A DNA stretch of 63,986 nucleotides, filler included, from Lenisia limosa (lineage: Eukaryota; Protista; Breviatea), in the NCBI GenBank assembly GCA_001655205.1. It is 20 parts of 20 records of this genome, joined end to end, with 100 filler letters (N's around TTAATTAATTAA, not from the genome) between each part and the next. Parts side by side here need not be neighbours in the genome. Positions count along the whole stretch, not along the records: positions 46,735 to 48,711 come from LPNZ01001267.1; positions 48,812 to 49,941 come from LPNZ01002484.1; positions 50,042 to 53,715 come from LPNZ01002356.1; positions 53,816 to 58,895 come from LPNZ01007888.1; positions 58,996 to 61,056 come from LPNZ01011371.1; positions 61,157 to 62,483 come from LPNZ01000032.1; 14 more parts are not named here. One strand, written 5' to 3'. Both the position numbers and the translations under genes were made by a program. Shown piece after piece: positions 48,061 through 61,221 of this stretch. The notes beneath the pieces were generated by a model. That model searched no databases. It was given only the letters and a program-made list of their open reading frames with translations, and was not told where the DNA came from. The number at the start of each line of letters is the position of its first letter. Position 1 is the first letter of the stretch.

Positions 48061-48811
48061 GTGAGAAATATAACTGAAAAAAACAACAAAAAAAAAACAG
48101 TCATATGGTATGAGTATGTATTTATCATATGATGAATAATAAAGGTATATTGTACTTCAATCAATATATCTGTGTTTTTTTCTTTTCAAAAAATAGGTAT
48201 ATTTTTAATTGCAAAGGACTACCATTAACACTGAAATAGGGTTGTTGTTTATCAGAGTAAATGTGCGATAAATACCTTCCCCCACCACCTCTAATCTTGA
48301 ATTCTATCGTACTACCTCTCCATCAACCTTGATTAATTTTACTCCTTTTTTTACACATATTCCAACCTTCTCCCCTCCCCACCAATCTGTCCTATTCTAC
48401 CCCACCACCCCCTTTAAAAAACCTTAAATTTCTGTACTACCCCGATGCGGTGCTGCTAAAGCGACTAGCCGCTTAGCTACAGAGTTGTTTTTAGTTTAAA
48501 TATTTTGACTCCCTCCAATACAATCCTATAACCTTCCTCATTACCAAACATTTATTGCTTCATGCTGCCCTATTAAGGCGCAAATCACACAGTCCCATCA
48601 TTCTTGTCCCCCCATCATAATTCTTTGTCGCACTTCCCTCCATTACCTTTTTCATCAGTACTCAATTATTACCCTCTTATCCTCTCCTACCCCGCGTCAC
48701 ACATAACACACNNNNNNNNNNNNNNNNNNNNNNNNNNNNNNNNNNNNNNNNNNNNTTAATTAATTAANNNNNNNNNNNNNNNNNNNNNNNNNNNNNNNNN
48801 NNNNNNNNNNN

Positions 48812-49710
48812 ACTACCTACGGTCCCAAAAAAGATTGAATTTCTCGATAAATCCTCGAAAATTATCGATATTTTACCGTATTATTCGAACTGTAGGAAAG
48901 CCCGACCAATTCCCCTTACAAGATAGTATCATCACTGCCCGCAGGAAGGTTTCCTTCGGTGTTGTACAGCGTGAAAGTTGCATTTGGCAGAACAACAGTG
49001 TTTATAGGGATGAACTCTTGCGGGAACACCGTGAGGGAAATAGGCGAATCTGGGATATATCGGATCCCGTCAATCCAAAATGTGACTTCGAGCGGGCTGT
49101 CCACTGACAGTGAAGGAACATAGAAGTACAGCTGCGGTGGAGTTAAAATAGATAATTTATGAGTAAGGCTTCACTTCGGTTCGGGATAATATCGATAGTT
49201 TTCGAGGATTTATCGAGAAGTTTTTCGAACGTAACTGAATCCACTTACATAAGCTGTTTTGACATAAAGTGTAACTTCTCGGTAATGGGTGCCGTCAAAT
49301 AGTATCGCCTTCGAAAGATCACCACTCAGCGGCATGCCGTGATCAGTAGGAAGCTGGGGGGGGGGGTAAAATTGGAAAATAACCCAATAGAGTATTCTGA
49401 AGAAGGCTTCATTTCGGTTCGGGACAATATCGATGGTTTTCGAGAATGAATCGAAAAATTCAGTCTTTTTTTCGTAGAAGTGAAGCCATATTCTGTTGGT
49501 GTGGTCACTAGAGATAATGGGACATAGCAATTTCTGCCACCTCCCCTTTTCATAAATTCAATCCTAATATCTAGGGCCGTTCAATTGATTGTAATTAATT
49601 ACACAGCATACTAATATAGAGGTTCACTGTCGGTTCCATAAAAAAGACTGAACCTCGATAAATTCTAGATAAGATATTTTGTCAGTCTTTTGGAACTGAA
49701 AGTGAATCTC
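48812..49710. mobile_element. Cluster of four family A copies (~48812, 49166, 49405, 49617)
   Basis: Same arms and the TCGATA-rich core; the first copy is an A2/A1 hybrid. Confidence 0.72.
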
Positions 49711-49818
49711 GAACAAATACCCCTACTACCTGGTACGTGACCTTGGTGTGGTCGTTTGCCGGAATAAGCGGCACGGGACGGGGGTCGGAAATGACAACTG
49801 TTTTCTTGGAGTATTTGT
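48921..49818 (-). CDS. Hypothetical protein fragment with Ig/filamin-like strand pattern
   Basis: Exons DKYSKKTVVISDPRPVPLIPANDHTK|LPTDHGMPLSGD...VTLYVKTAY| and ..LEVTFWIDGIRYIPDSPISLTVFPQEF..|gtaagg. Confidence 0.45.
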
Positions 49819-49829
49819 CTGGAGGGGAG

Positions 49830-49941
49830 GGGGGAGTAAAATTGGAAAATTTATGAAAAAAAAAGAGCCCGAATTAGATCAACTCTGTTGGCTGACAACA
49901 CACAAGGGTAGATAACAACAAAACAAGCAAAGCCCAGGCCA
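49830..49941 (-). repeat. Family B near full length, abutting an AG acceptor
   Basis: Matches consensus; on the minus strand ends TTTTACTCCCCCTCCCCTCCAG|exon. Confidence 0.8.
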
Positions 49942-50287
49942 NNNNNNNNNNNNNNNNNNNNNNNNNNNNNNNNNNNNNNNNNNNNTTAATTAATTAANNN
50001 NNNNNNNNNNNNNNNNNNNNNNNNNNNNNNNNNNNNNNNNNGATCTTCCGCTGGAGAGGGGGGGGGGTGAAATAAAAAAACACAAAAGAAAAAGCTCTAT
50101 TTGACAAAAAAAGTGATTAAAACTCAAATAATTTTTGATAACTACTGGCCTGAATTAATTGAACTGAATAACACTGGGATTGCAAGAAAACACGCCAAGA
50201 CATTACATCTATATGTGTACATCAAGGTAAAAAACCAGCTCTTGTAATGTTATGAAACAGGCCCGGGAAACCACAAGTTTCACATAC

Positions 50288-51932
50288 CTGGGAGGGGAAA
50301 AGGTGTTTTGGGTCGAGATAGGTTGTATCAAGGTAGAGGGAGTGGACTGTGTTGTTCTGCAGAACAGGATTGGTCAACATTCTAGTTGATTATTTGAAAT
50401 GTATTATAGAGTCCGAGAAAAGACCTTGACTTGTTAGAGTGTATTTGGGCTGAAGTGCAAATCGCTACTCCCATTTTGCTACTTATGGTACTGAGAGGGT
50501 ACATATGAACAAAAATGATTGGATATCTATTCAATCATATTTAGGGCTTCATTTAGCCTGAAATTGACTAATATGTATCAAGTATACCATACATACATAT
50601 CTATATAGATATACTATAAATAGATATATTATATATGTATGTATATACATGTTGCATCTCGGTTGAGAACATAATCGACCGTAATGCGTGGTATGATCTC
50701 AAAAATATGTTGGTATACCATTCTAAATTGAAAGGGACCCCCCCCCCCCNNNNNNNNNNNNNNNNNNNNNNNNNNNNNNNNNNNNNNNNNNNNNNNNNNN
50801 NNNNNNNNNNNNNNNNNNNNNNNNNNNNTTTGTTGTTATACTGGAACGCAAACATTGCGCTGCATGGACAATGCATTGCGTCGAGAGCAGTCACAAGTAC
50901 CCCATGTATGTTCCTGTTAGTGGTTAATGTAAAAAGTACAATAAAAGTGAACCAAAAATGAATCATTGGCAAGATTTTTTATTGAATCAAATAGAAATAA
51001 AGGTTTTTGCTTAATGGTTTCATTTTGATCGATATTATATACTGGGCTTAATCCTTGAAAACTTAAGAACCATCCAACTTCGTTTCTCCGATTTCAATTG
51101 GACTTAAGTACTTGGGGTCGACTTTTAGCTCAGACTGAACAAGTGCTAGCGTCCCGGGGGTACCCCCTGGTAATGTAATGTGTTTTTGAGCAAGATGAGA
51201 GCATAAGATATAGAGGACAACATTAACAGAAACTACCAGACAAAATCAGTAAACCAAGATCACATAAAAGCTCATGCACATGAACTAGACCTGTTGAGAA
51301 ATAATTGGAAGTGAATCCTTCGCACTACCCCCCACATATTTGCCCAGTCTTCCACTTGGCTGTTATGCCGCCGTAATGATCGGAGTGATAATGGGTCAAG
51401 AAGTAGTGGCCGATTGTAGCCCGCCTGTGCTTAAAGCCGTCCACAACAAAAACTGCAAGAAGTTATCAAGGGTCAGTAAATAAGTCAGAGTAACGCGTAC
51501 GTGTGACATAAGCAATGAAACCGTTTCCACTTAAAACAACAATCAATATGGAGAGAATCAGACCATTCTTGAAATCAATAGTGTGGAAGGGAATGATAGA
51601 AGATCATGAACAGCGTTTTCAGAGGGAGTCCGAAACACAAAAAAGGCTGACTGATATCAGTGTGCTTTCAACATTATTGACCGTTAGCACTCACGGGTAT
51701 CGGGAACTCGCTTAGCTGCAGGAATGCCATAGAGTATTCGGTTTCTTTCTTGCTCAAAGTCGGTCATCTGGCTTGCATACATATCATATATCTGCTGACA
51801 TTTTCTTCATCACACCCTCATCACACACACATCATTATATCATTTTATCATTTTGCGCATTCATTATTCCCGAATTATTCCATTCACCAAGCATCAAGTC
51901 AATAGTATATTAAACTTTGGACTAGTGGGCAT
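50288..51932 (-). CDS. SNM1: DNA cross-link repair metallo-beta-lactamase nuclease SNM1/PSO2 (DCLRE1A-like), 3' truncated
   Basis: Spliced MPTSPN|QMTDFE..KRVPDT|LFVVDGFKH..YFLTHYHSDHYGGITAKWKTGQI|WGTPGTLALV..|NIHGVLVTALDAMHCPCSAMFAF and VHSLYLDTTYLDPKHLFPSQ. It contains HxHxDH, DAxHCP and YLDTTY motifs. Confidence 0.92.
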
Positions 51933-52063
51933 TTAAGTAGGTTTTGTTTTTGAAAAATGTCAGAATTTGCAACGATTGACAGCGTGGTGTTTATTAACGT
52001 GATTTTAAGAAGATTAAATTAGATTCACAAACTAGATTGGTATAGCTCTTTCTGGGAGCAACA

Positions 52064-52893
52064 ATGCCTCCCATTAAAACGGCTGAAAAGAAGGTTTGTA
52101 GTCTTTCTTATTGTCATATTTACGTAAATATTAGCCTGACATGTTCGTTCTGCGAAAGGAGCGACATGCAAGGCAGCGAAAGGCCACTGGACTCGCCACA
52201 CAGGCTGCATCCATGTATTCCGACGGCAACTATGCCCAAGCTGTTGAAGTATACACGGAGGTACGCTAAATTACCGGTTTTCTCAATTTCCTTTCCGGTC
52301 AGTTGAAAAGACTTCTAGTGATCATTATTGTCGGTGAATTATTGCCAATACTACACATATATGATATATATAAATATATACTGATTGTATTTAAATGACT
52401 GTGGATAGCTTCATCAAAATACAACTTCATTTGTTTGATAATGATTCCCTTTTTCATCTGAGTGTCTAGACCATTGCTTTACACCCTGACAACGGGCGGT
52501 ACTACTTCATGAGGGGCAACTGCTACAGAGAACTCAATGACCTCAATCGGTAAAAGGGTCAGGTGTCCATATTTGTTGAAGACAAGGTTTACCAGAATGC
52601 CCTAATGTCCTCCTGCATTGTTTCTTACAATGTCAAGACAACAATTACGTCTTCCATAGTGTTTTACTTTGTTTGGAATAATCAGAATAACCCTACTGAC
52701 AATAAAAACTTAATTCCAATCTCATCTTGAAGAGTTACAATGGGTAATCTCATATATACTAATTTATTTACGTGATTCCAGGGCCATTCACGATTACGGT
52801 CGCGCGGTGCATTTTGACGCTGAAGAGGCCGAGTTTTACGATGCGCGTGGTGGCGCCTTACGCGCAATTGGCCGACTAACGGATGCTCTGAAG
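52064..52893 (+). CDS. Tetratricopeptide-repeat protein, 5' exons
   Basis: MPPIKTAEKK|PDMF..YSDGNYAQAVEVYTE|TIALHPDNGRYYFMRGNCYRELNDLNR|AIHDYGRAVHFDAEEAEFYDARGGALRAIGRLTDALK shows canonical TPR consensus. Confidence 0.85.
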
Positions 52894-53062
52894 GTCCGAT
52901 CTGGGATGGGATGCGGAATGCTCTCTATTAGTGGTTCGAATATCCCGATAAATATTGGTATATATACATGATATAGTATACTATATCATATGATATTATA
53001 CAGTAAATGGTGTATCCAGAAATACTGAAATTTTAAGCTTTGGCGATGTTTCGTCTGTTTAC

Positions 53063-53550
53063 CTGTAGTTTTCCAGTCGCAGACGGGTGTTTAGCAACCC
53101 CTTGACATTCTGACCCCCTAGGACCACCATACAGCCGTCCACCTGAGCCCTCAAAATGGGGCTTACCACTTCTCTGCTGGATTGACCCGATTTGATATGG
53201 GCAGTTTTAGCGATGTGGGGGGGGGGGGGNNNNNNNNNNNNNNNNNNNNNNNNNNNNNNNNNNNNNNNNNNNNNNNNNNNNNNNNNNNNNNNNNNNNNNN
53301 NNNNNNNNNNNNNNNNNNNNNNNNTAAATTTCGATGTTTCACTGATTTTCGAATACATAGGAGCCCAAGAATATTTTTCGTTTGTTTTTCGTTTGGCTCA
53401 GGCTGTACCCTTTTACCATCAAGGCAATTTCGGACTTCACTGCTTCCATTGAACGAGGAATGAACAAAAGTAAAGCCCATTTCCATAGGTTAGCATATGG
53501 AGCGGGAGCCAGGGAATTTGTGGAAACGAGACATTCATGAGGAATATCTG
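53063..53550 (-). CDS. Hypothetical protein fragment
   Basis: Phase-matched exons DIPHECLVST...SMEAVKSEIALMVKG|AQVDGCMVVLGGQNVKGLLNTRLRLENYR|gtaaac. Confidence 0.4.
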
Positions 53551-53869
53551 ATGAACGCCGTCCGTTTTTAGAGATAGCAATTATATTATCCATAATAATT
53601 CATGTTTATAAGAGATATTGATCATAGTCATGTAATTCAGTTATATTGACAAAGGCAATGGCTGATGCTGATACTGTGCGTTTGAGTAGTGAGACAGCTT
53701 GCTTTTTTTTTTTTTNNNNNNNNNNNNNNNNNNNNNNNNNNNNNNNNNNNNNNNNNNNNTTAATTAATTAANNNNNNNNNNNNNNNNNNNNNNNNNNNNN
53801 NNNNNNNNNNNNNNNTTTTTTTTTTTTTTTTTTGATAAGTTTCCTATCTAACTTACCCCCTCACCCCAG

Positions 53870-56800
53870 GTTTCCCTCCTCAACACGGGAATGACAATGA
53901 ACAATGCGGTCGCGGACCTCTCCGGTCGGTCGTTCGCTTTCGACCATCTCCAGAACCGACTTTACAGCTTCGGCGGCGTAAGGCGTGGCGCTGACTTGAC
54001 CTTAGAGTGGGGGGCGTGAGGCATGGTTAGGGCTTCGCTTTGGTTCGAAGAATACTGATACAATATCGATAGTTTTCGAGGATTTTTCGAGAAATCAGTC
54101 TTTTTCGAACCGAAGTGAAACCTCCCTGTCTTGACCTTAGAGTGAGGAGGTTGCTGAGGGGAGTATTTTTGTATTGTATTCATACTTATGGGGGGGGGGG
54201 GTAANNNNNNNNNNNNNNNNNNNNNNNNNNNNNNNNNNNNNNNNNNNNNNNNNNNNNNNNNNNNNNNNNNNNNNNNNNNNNNNNNNNNNNNNNNNNNNNN
54301 NNNNNNNNNNNNNNNNNNNNNNNNNNNNNNNNNNNNNNNNNNNNNNNNNNCATTGATTCAGTACAGTAACCGAGGTGAGTTCTGGCTGTAGGTATTGCTT
54401 CACTTCGGTTCGAAACCAGTATAAATATCGATAGTTTTCGAGGAACTATCGAGCAACTCAGTCTTTTTTCGAACTCTAGTGAAGCTGTAGTTTGTAGGCA
54501 GTTTTTTTTCAATATAATATTTCGTACTTGTAATTAGCTGAATACAAGTAATGATCCACTTCGGTTCGAAAATACTGAATGTTTTGGTATTTTACCTGTC
54601 TTTTTCCTACCGAAGTGCAGCCCTACTTGCTGTATAATCCCGGTATTTGAGATCTTTGAAGCAAGTCTCAAAACCAGATATATTTCGTAATCTTAACCAC
54701 CTTGACCCAAATCCATGAGTTTTGGTCAATAATAGTCAACAGCTAGAAAAATCCTTACACTCTGGGTTTTCATTCTGGTTTAGGAGCCCGCACAATCATT
54801 CTGATAAGAGGTATTAGATTATAGCATAATAACAATATCATAAACACATTTTTCACACATCATACATAAGCAAGTATTAAAACAGCTTGAGTCAGAAAAA
54901 ACCTTGTTTCATTCTGGTTTTGCCTTAACCGTTGCAGTTGAAGGAAGCTCTGAAGAAGTTACAGTCAATACAGAGGCCCATATGCTTGCTGTGTCTATTC
55001 TTCCCATACAGGTCAGCTGGAGGGGTATCAATAAATCATATCCAATATAATACCCCCCCCCCCCCTTGGAGGGGATNNNNNNNNNNNNNNNNNNNNNNNN
55101 NNNNNNNNNNNNNNNNNNNNNNNNNNNNNNNNNNNNNNNNNNNNNNNNNNNNNNNNNNNNNNNNNNNNNNNNNNNCAACACGGTGTGTTCAGGAGACATT
55201 GTCCAAGACCAGTGCACCCTGTTCTTCTTCACTTCTCGTTTGCTGAGGGGGGGTGGTCTTGTTTTTTAAATATTTTACCTCAATAGTTGTGGAGGGGGGG
55301 GGGTAAGCTACATTGGTTTGTGAGAGGTTAGCAATCATAACGGTAAAATATCAATAATCAGGAAGATAAGCTATATTCTGACTTTATATTTGCTCTTGCT
55401 CTACACGTACAGTATTAATGCAAACACTCACTTTTCTGTAGTATTGGAGGTAACGGGGCGAATGACAGCGGACGACACTGCCTGCACAGACCCGGATCTG
55501 TTCTGTGACTGCGAAGGCCTATCGTGTCCTGGTGGGGAGGGTGAAATAATGATAATCTTTCTGATGGGTGATAATTAAGCCTATTAACAAAATGAACTGG
55601 TCAGCGTTCCTCATATTTCAGGTACATATCCCAGTGATAAATGCTGCATGCCTGTGACAATCCCAATGACACTCCTAACGTTCGACACCTGTTGTAACGT
55701 GGGTGGGTGCAGTAAAGTCTCTCGTGTAACTGATCTAATTTGTACATAATTATGTTAGTGACTTACAAGAGCATATCAATAACAGATACAATATGTACAT
55801 GTACATGTATGTAAATAGTATATCAATAATATATCAGTTGATTAATATATCAGAGTTCGTATTTGACATTTTAGGAATTCAAAGTCACGACAGTAATGGA
55901 GTATATGGCAACTCTAATGAATCGCTTCCCGTATGAGGAAAAACACCATTTATTTGTTCTTCTATTCGGCCTTATTTTTTATTTTTTCTATTATTTGCAT
56001 ATTCCTCTTCAATTTCTTGAATTGGTTTATGGTGTTAGCTTTTCCTTTTTGTAGTCAGCTATGTATGATATGATATCATATGATTAGGGATTCCCTACGG
56101 TCCCAAAAAAGACCTAATCTCTCGATAACTCCTCGATAAATATCGACATTTAAACGATCTTTTTCGGACTGTTGGGAAGCCCAAGATATGATACGTTTAT
56201 TTCTTCATCATTTGACTATTCAGGTCCATGTCAGACTCTATTTTACCGTTTTCTCCTTCAGTGGGGGGGGGGGGTATGTAATACTCAACTTTTACAAGGG
56301 TTGATTCCAGGAAGTCTGTTTTCTTATACTTATGATATATTTCTATATGATTGAAAATTATATCGATATGATATGTATATAAGGTCTCAATTGTTAATAT
56401 TGAAAAAAACAGTGTATAAAACTCCAAGCAATGCCTTCACGAATAAGAAGAATTTGATACAGTGTATTCCCATTAATGTAATGTGTATTCGCCGTTTTTT
56501 CTTTTTTTTTCCCGATAATAGTCATATTTGTTACTATCACACTGTTTGCTTGTTCTCAAACAATAACAGACCAGACATGCTCATGTATTTAATTTTTGAA
56601 ATTAATTGACAAAATTTGAAAGGAAAGTGTCTGAAATGGACCATTACAATCTGTCTCACGTCAAATTTTGAAATTATTTTTTAATTGCATAGAGTCATAA
56701 ATAACAACACGCAGGTTGTCGGAGTTACTTCAGGAATGAGTGTCGGTGAATCTTTCAGCCTCAACCCTCCTAATACACTGTGAGTTGGTGAAACCGTAGA

Positions 56801-57899
56801 CGTGTGATGACATTATTTTACCCCCCCCCCCTCCATTGAGTTCACTAGATTTTTAAGTTCCCTTTACCTCCTTTAGATACACATACCTACCCCAATCGTC
56901 ACATTCATGGATCTCAAGCGACTTGGGCTCGAATTCGAAATACGTGGGGGGGGGGAGTAAAACAAAGGAAATTTCAATGAAGAATATTGGTGTAAGGTAC
57001 TAATCAAGAACCGAAAAATCTGAAACTCCAAACAAAATACAAAAAACAAACAAGCAATAACAAACACGAGTAATCAACGCTAAAACTAGACAAAAGCCAG
57101 ATGACAAAAACACAAAAGTCAAAATAAGAGCCGAGGGGGGGGGGGCATCTTTTTGTCATAGGACGCCATGCAATTAATTACTGCAATTAATTGTACGGAA
57201 CCATTCATATTGCGGACGTAACGGTGAGCCTTGGCTAGTCAACTTGCGAGAGGGCTTGTCTATATTAGTGGGAGCCTAGGCGATCCTTAACTGTTGAATA
57301 TTTAAGATGATATGTATAATTACTATAGTTAGAGCCTCCCTAATATCGATATTTATAGAAATTCCTTCTATTTTGGGACCTTAAGGAAGCCCTTACTCTA
57401 GTACATGATGATTTATCTATATTGTATGGAAACGACCCCTCATCTTTTAGACTGCTTTAGAAGCGTCCGGATTTATCAAGGCGTCTGACGGCAATATCTA
57501 TGGATACGGCGGAGGGTCTCATGTGGAGTGGGGGGGGGGGTTAAANNNNNNNNNNNNNNNNNNNNNNNNNNNNNNNNNNNNNNNNNNNNNNNNNNNNNNN
57601 NNNNNNNNNNNNNNNNNNNNNNNNNNNNNNNNNNNNNNNNNNNNNNNNNNNNNNNNNNNNNNNNNNNNNNNNNNNNNNNNNNNNNNNNNNNNNNNNNNNN
57701 NNNNNNNNNNNNNNNNNNNNNNNNNNNNNNNNNNNNNNNNNNNNNNNNNNNNNNNNNNNNNNNNNNNNNNNNNNNNNNNNNNNNNNNNGTAAAATAAATT
57801 GTTCAATTTTACTCCCTCCCTCCACCCTATACTGACATTCCAGCTGCTACTTGCCTTTTTCGGATGGAATGTGCCCTGCTGGCTCAATCCGAGCTACTG
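53870..57899 (+). CDS. Multi-exon hypothetical protein with Kelch-like GG motifs and Cys-rich segments
   Basis: Exons ..SFAFDHLQNRLYSFGG|gtaag, TADDTACTDPDLFCDCEGLSCP|GTYPSDKCCMPV..DTCCN|EFKVTTVMEY.., ..IKASDGNIYGYGGGSH|, CYLPFSDGMCPAGSIRAT|. Confidence 0.55.
54027..54625. mobile_element. Three family A copies (~54027, 54395, 54556)
   Basis: TIR pairs in introns of the Kelch-like gene. Confidence 0.75.
56084..56181. mobile_element. Family A MITE (A2)
   Basis: TAGGGATTCCCTACGGTCCC...CGGACTGTTGGGAAGCCC. Confidence 0.75.
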
Positions 57900-58383
57900 G
57901 TGGGAGGGGCAATGTTTCTTATGATACCAAGGCTGGCTTTGTTTATTTCGTTCCCAAGAACTAAAGAGACAGAATTGTCTCGGAGTTGTTTTTTTTTGGG
58001 GTGGGGGTAGGGTTGCTATTTAAATTTTCCATGTTTACTCCCCAGGACAACTCTCAAGAAGAATTTTACAGAGTTGATTCTGAGTTTTTTTTCTTTATTT
58101 CTTTTTTTCTTTCTTAAATTTTCCATTTTCACTCTCTAGGACAACTTCAAAGATACGCAGTAATTGGCGAAATTGCGGATATTGATTTCGACTACAAAAC
58201 ACTCAAGGCTAACATCACGGTTAGGGGAGGGGTAAAATATTTTGCAGTGTTGTTTGGGCAAGTACTGAGTTGACTTATAATATGTTGTACGGTGGAAGGT
58301 CTTACTTATAAGCGTGATGGTGTGGANNNNNNNNNNNNNNNNNNNNNNNNNNNNNNNNNNNNNNNNNNNNNNNNNCATATCAT

Positions 58384-58842
58384 TAGGGCTTCCCTTCAGT
58401 TCGAAAAAAACAGAATTTCTCGATAAATCCTCGAAAATTATTGATATTTTTTCGAGCCGAAGTGAAGCCCAAACAAATACGTAATTATTTGTACGGAGGA
58501 GGGGTCATGCCCATTGCACATATTTGCTCTTCTTATTTCCTAGCTTGCTGGTCAATTTGTGCCTGGTATCGAGGTAAAAATTGGTCTCTTCCTCGAAAGT
58601 TCCCAGAGCCATTGGAGGTGGGATTAGGGCCTCACTTCGGGTCGAAAAATACCAGAACATATCGATAATTTTCGAAGATTTATCAAAAAATTCAGACTTT
58701 TTTCGAACCAAAGTAAAACGCTGGTGGGGGTATAGTTGTGAATCCATATTTCTTAAAACTTCAGTTTCGGTTGCTAAAAAGACTAAATCCTCGATAAATT
58801 CTCAATAGTTTTCTTATCTTTTGGAACCGAAAGTGAAGCTCT
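58384..58842. mobile_element. Three family A copies (~58384, 58624, 58760)
   Basis: TIR pairs with the conserved core. Confidence 0.75.
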
Positions 58843-59504
58843 GATATTTCTTTTTGTTTTGTTTCATAAATATTCCATTTTTACTCTCTACCCCCNNNNN
58901 NNNNNNNNNNNNNNNNNNNNNNNNNNNNNNNNNNNNNNNTTAATTAATTAANNNNNNNNNNNNNNNNNNNNNNNNNNNNNNNNNNNNNNNNNNNNCTGCA
59001 CATGTGTTGCCATCATAGCCTTCACAACTGTGCATACCTCACAGCCCGCATTGTACCCACACAATAAGGTTACTGCATTTTTTCCAAACCACTCTTACTT
59101 GGATCCGACTGCTATTCATTTATTTATTAGCACAATAGTGATTTGTAAGAATCTAGGTAGCATATACCGAAAACTATCGACATTTTAATGGTATTTTTCG
59201 AACCGAAGTGAAGCCCTACTCATAGCCCGCATTGTGCCTACCTCACCGCCCGCATAGCCCTGACGTCACGGCCCTTCCTTTTTNNNNNNNNNNNNNNNNN
59301 NNNNNNNNNNNNNNNNNNNNNNNNNNNNNNNNNNNNNNNNNNNNNNNNNNNNNNNNNNNNNNNNNNNNNNNNNNNNNNNNNNNNNNNNNNNNNNNNNNNN
59401 NNNNNNNNNNNNNNNNNNNNNNNNNNGGGTTACAGTTGTGTTGCGCTTTTCAGTTCTAAAGAGGCAGCTGCTATATTCCAAAATATTGACCCATGTTCAC
59501 AAGT

Positions 59505-59650
59505 AGGGCTTCGCTTCGGTTCGAAAAAAGACTGTATTTCTCGATAAATCCTTAAAAACTATCGATATATATCATATGTATATCATATATATATCATATG
59601 TATATATATGCATTATATAATATATATTTTAGTCTTTCTCGAACCGAAGT
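59505..59650. mobile_element. Family A copy with an AT-microsatellite in its loop
   Basis: TAGGGCTTCGCTTCGGTTCG...(AT-rich ~50 bp)...TTCGAACCGAAGT. Confidence 0.7.
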
Positions 59651-59861
59651 AAAAAGTGATAATTTCATTTTGTTAGTACTATTTCTGATGAATAGTAAAA
59701 CTAGTAGAAAAACAAAACGCCAGCAATATGGAAGTGAAAATTCGGAAAATTACTTTGACTATATTATTTCAACNNNNNNNNNNNNNNNNNNNNNNNNNNN
59801 NNNNNNNNNNNNNNNNNNNNNNNNNNNNNNNNNNNNNNNNNNNNNNNNNNNNNNNNNNNNN

Positions 59862-61027
59862 ACTGCTGGGGCAGCCACCTGAGCACTTCGATAGGCATGT
59901 TGGGGATGACGATATTGCAGACGGAAGCCTTGAACTTCCGATTTGTAATTGCGGCCATAACAGTGTGGCAGTCCGTTATCACAAGCGTGCTTCCTGGGGT
60001 ATCATATTTTTATACAAGCTTCCAATATTTTTTCAAAGAAATCCTTGACATTGTGAGGTAGGCTTGGCCAATTTATGAGTGTAATTAATATTTAATTACA
60101 TTCACGAACCTGCTTGAAGCTCGAAATGCTCAAGGTCAGCAGGCATGGCAGAAATGACGAGGGCGGCTGTGGCTGCGGCGGCGGCGGAGTTGAACCTGAA
60201 ATAGTAAGAATGATAAAGGGAAGAAAACACGGGTAGAGATTAGCAAAGAAAAAGATAACTACAAGTGGTGTGATATCATATGTAAAGTCCCCCCTCCCAC
60301 GAGTATCCGGGAAGGGAAGCCATTTTGATAGACACATGAGTCACGTGCTGATTACCGATGACCATTGCCAGGGCAAGGCAGTCAATAGCCACGTGTCCGG
60401 TGATTATCAGTCCTCGAGGACTAAAATATATTAATGGAAACACAAATGATGTGAAGAATTGATAATAGTGGAGTTTGTGTCAGGCCGAAGCCATCATATA
60501 AATGAAGCCAATATAAAGGGTTATATTTGTTTTGCAAAAATAAGAAGGCCCAAATGATGAACCAGTAGGGCTTCCCTCCTTAAAAAAACTAGATTTCTCG
60601 ATAAATCCTCGATAAATATCGATATTTTAACGGTCTTTTTCGGACTGTAGGCAAACTTAATAAACTAGCATGTACAAGCAGCTTCACAATCATACCCTGT
60701 TCCAGTAACAAAGGGGTCTCTTTTGCAAAGCTCCACTGTGCGAACAGCGTTATTCGAAAATTCGGTTCTACAGAGTAAGGGATCAGGGCAAGAGACCGGT
60801 TAAGTCTTGGAGAGAACAACACAATGTTAAGAATGTAATTGATAGGGGTGAAAGTAGGGATATGAGTGATTGGAGTGGTAGTAGTGATAGAAGTGATGAT
60901 AGGAGTAATCAGACAAAGTCCTGATACTTCCCGGCTGAAATATCTACAAGCCACCCAGTCACCTGATGGACGCAACAACGTCACTGAGGTCACTGAGGAA
61001 CTGCGTTGACGACGCTGCCGTACTCCG
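59862..61027 (-). CDS. Hypothetical multi-exon protein fragment
   Basis: Five phase-consistent exons: DLCESVRST..VVASIR|LNRSLALIP..LLLEQ|GLIITGH..SLPGYS|RFNSAAAAATAALVISAMPADLEHFELQA|GSTLVITDCHTVMAAITNRKF.. Confidence 0.6.
60566..60652. mobile_element. Family A MITE (A2)
   Basis: TAGGGCTTCCCT...TTTTTCGGACTGTAGG. Confidence 0.7.
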
Positions 61028-61221
61028 AACACTCTCACAAAGGTCTGGGGGGGGGGNNNNNNNNNNNNNNNNNNNNNNNNNNNNNNNNNNNNNNNNNNNN
61101 TTAATTAATTAANNNNNNNNNNNNNNNNNNNNNNNNNNNNNNNNNNNNNNNNNNNNTTGATATAGTATATATGTATATATATATACTATATAATATATAT
61201 AATATATTCATAGCCCCCCAC

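Noticed and set aside
47408-51932. SLX1-like and SNM1 as a DNA-repair cluster
   Set aside because: They lie on different scaffolds separated by two artificial linkers.
59862-60420. Mur-ligase/cyanophycin-synthetase or DRTGG similarity (LPGYSRFNSAAAAATAAL..LVITD)
   Set aside because: The resemblance is short and Ala-rich, spacing to downstream motifs does not fit, and no P-loop was seen. Left as hypothetical.
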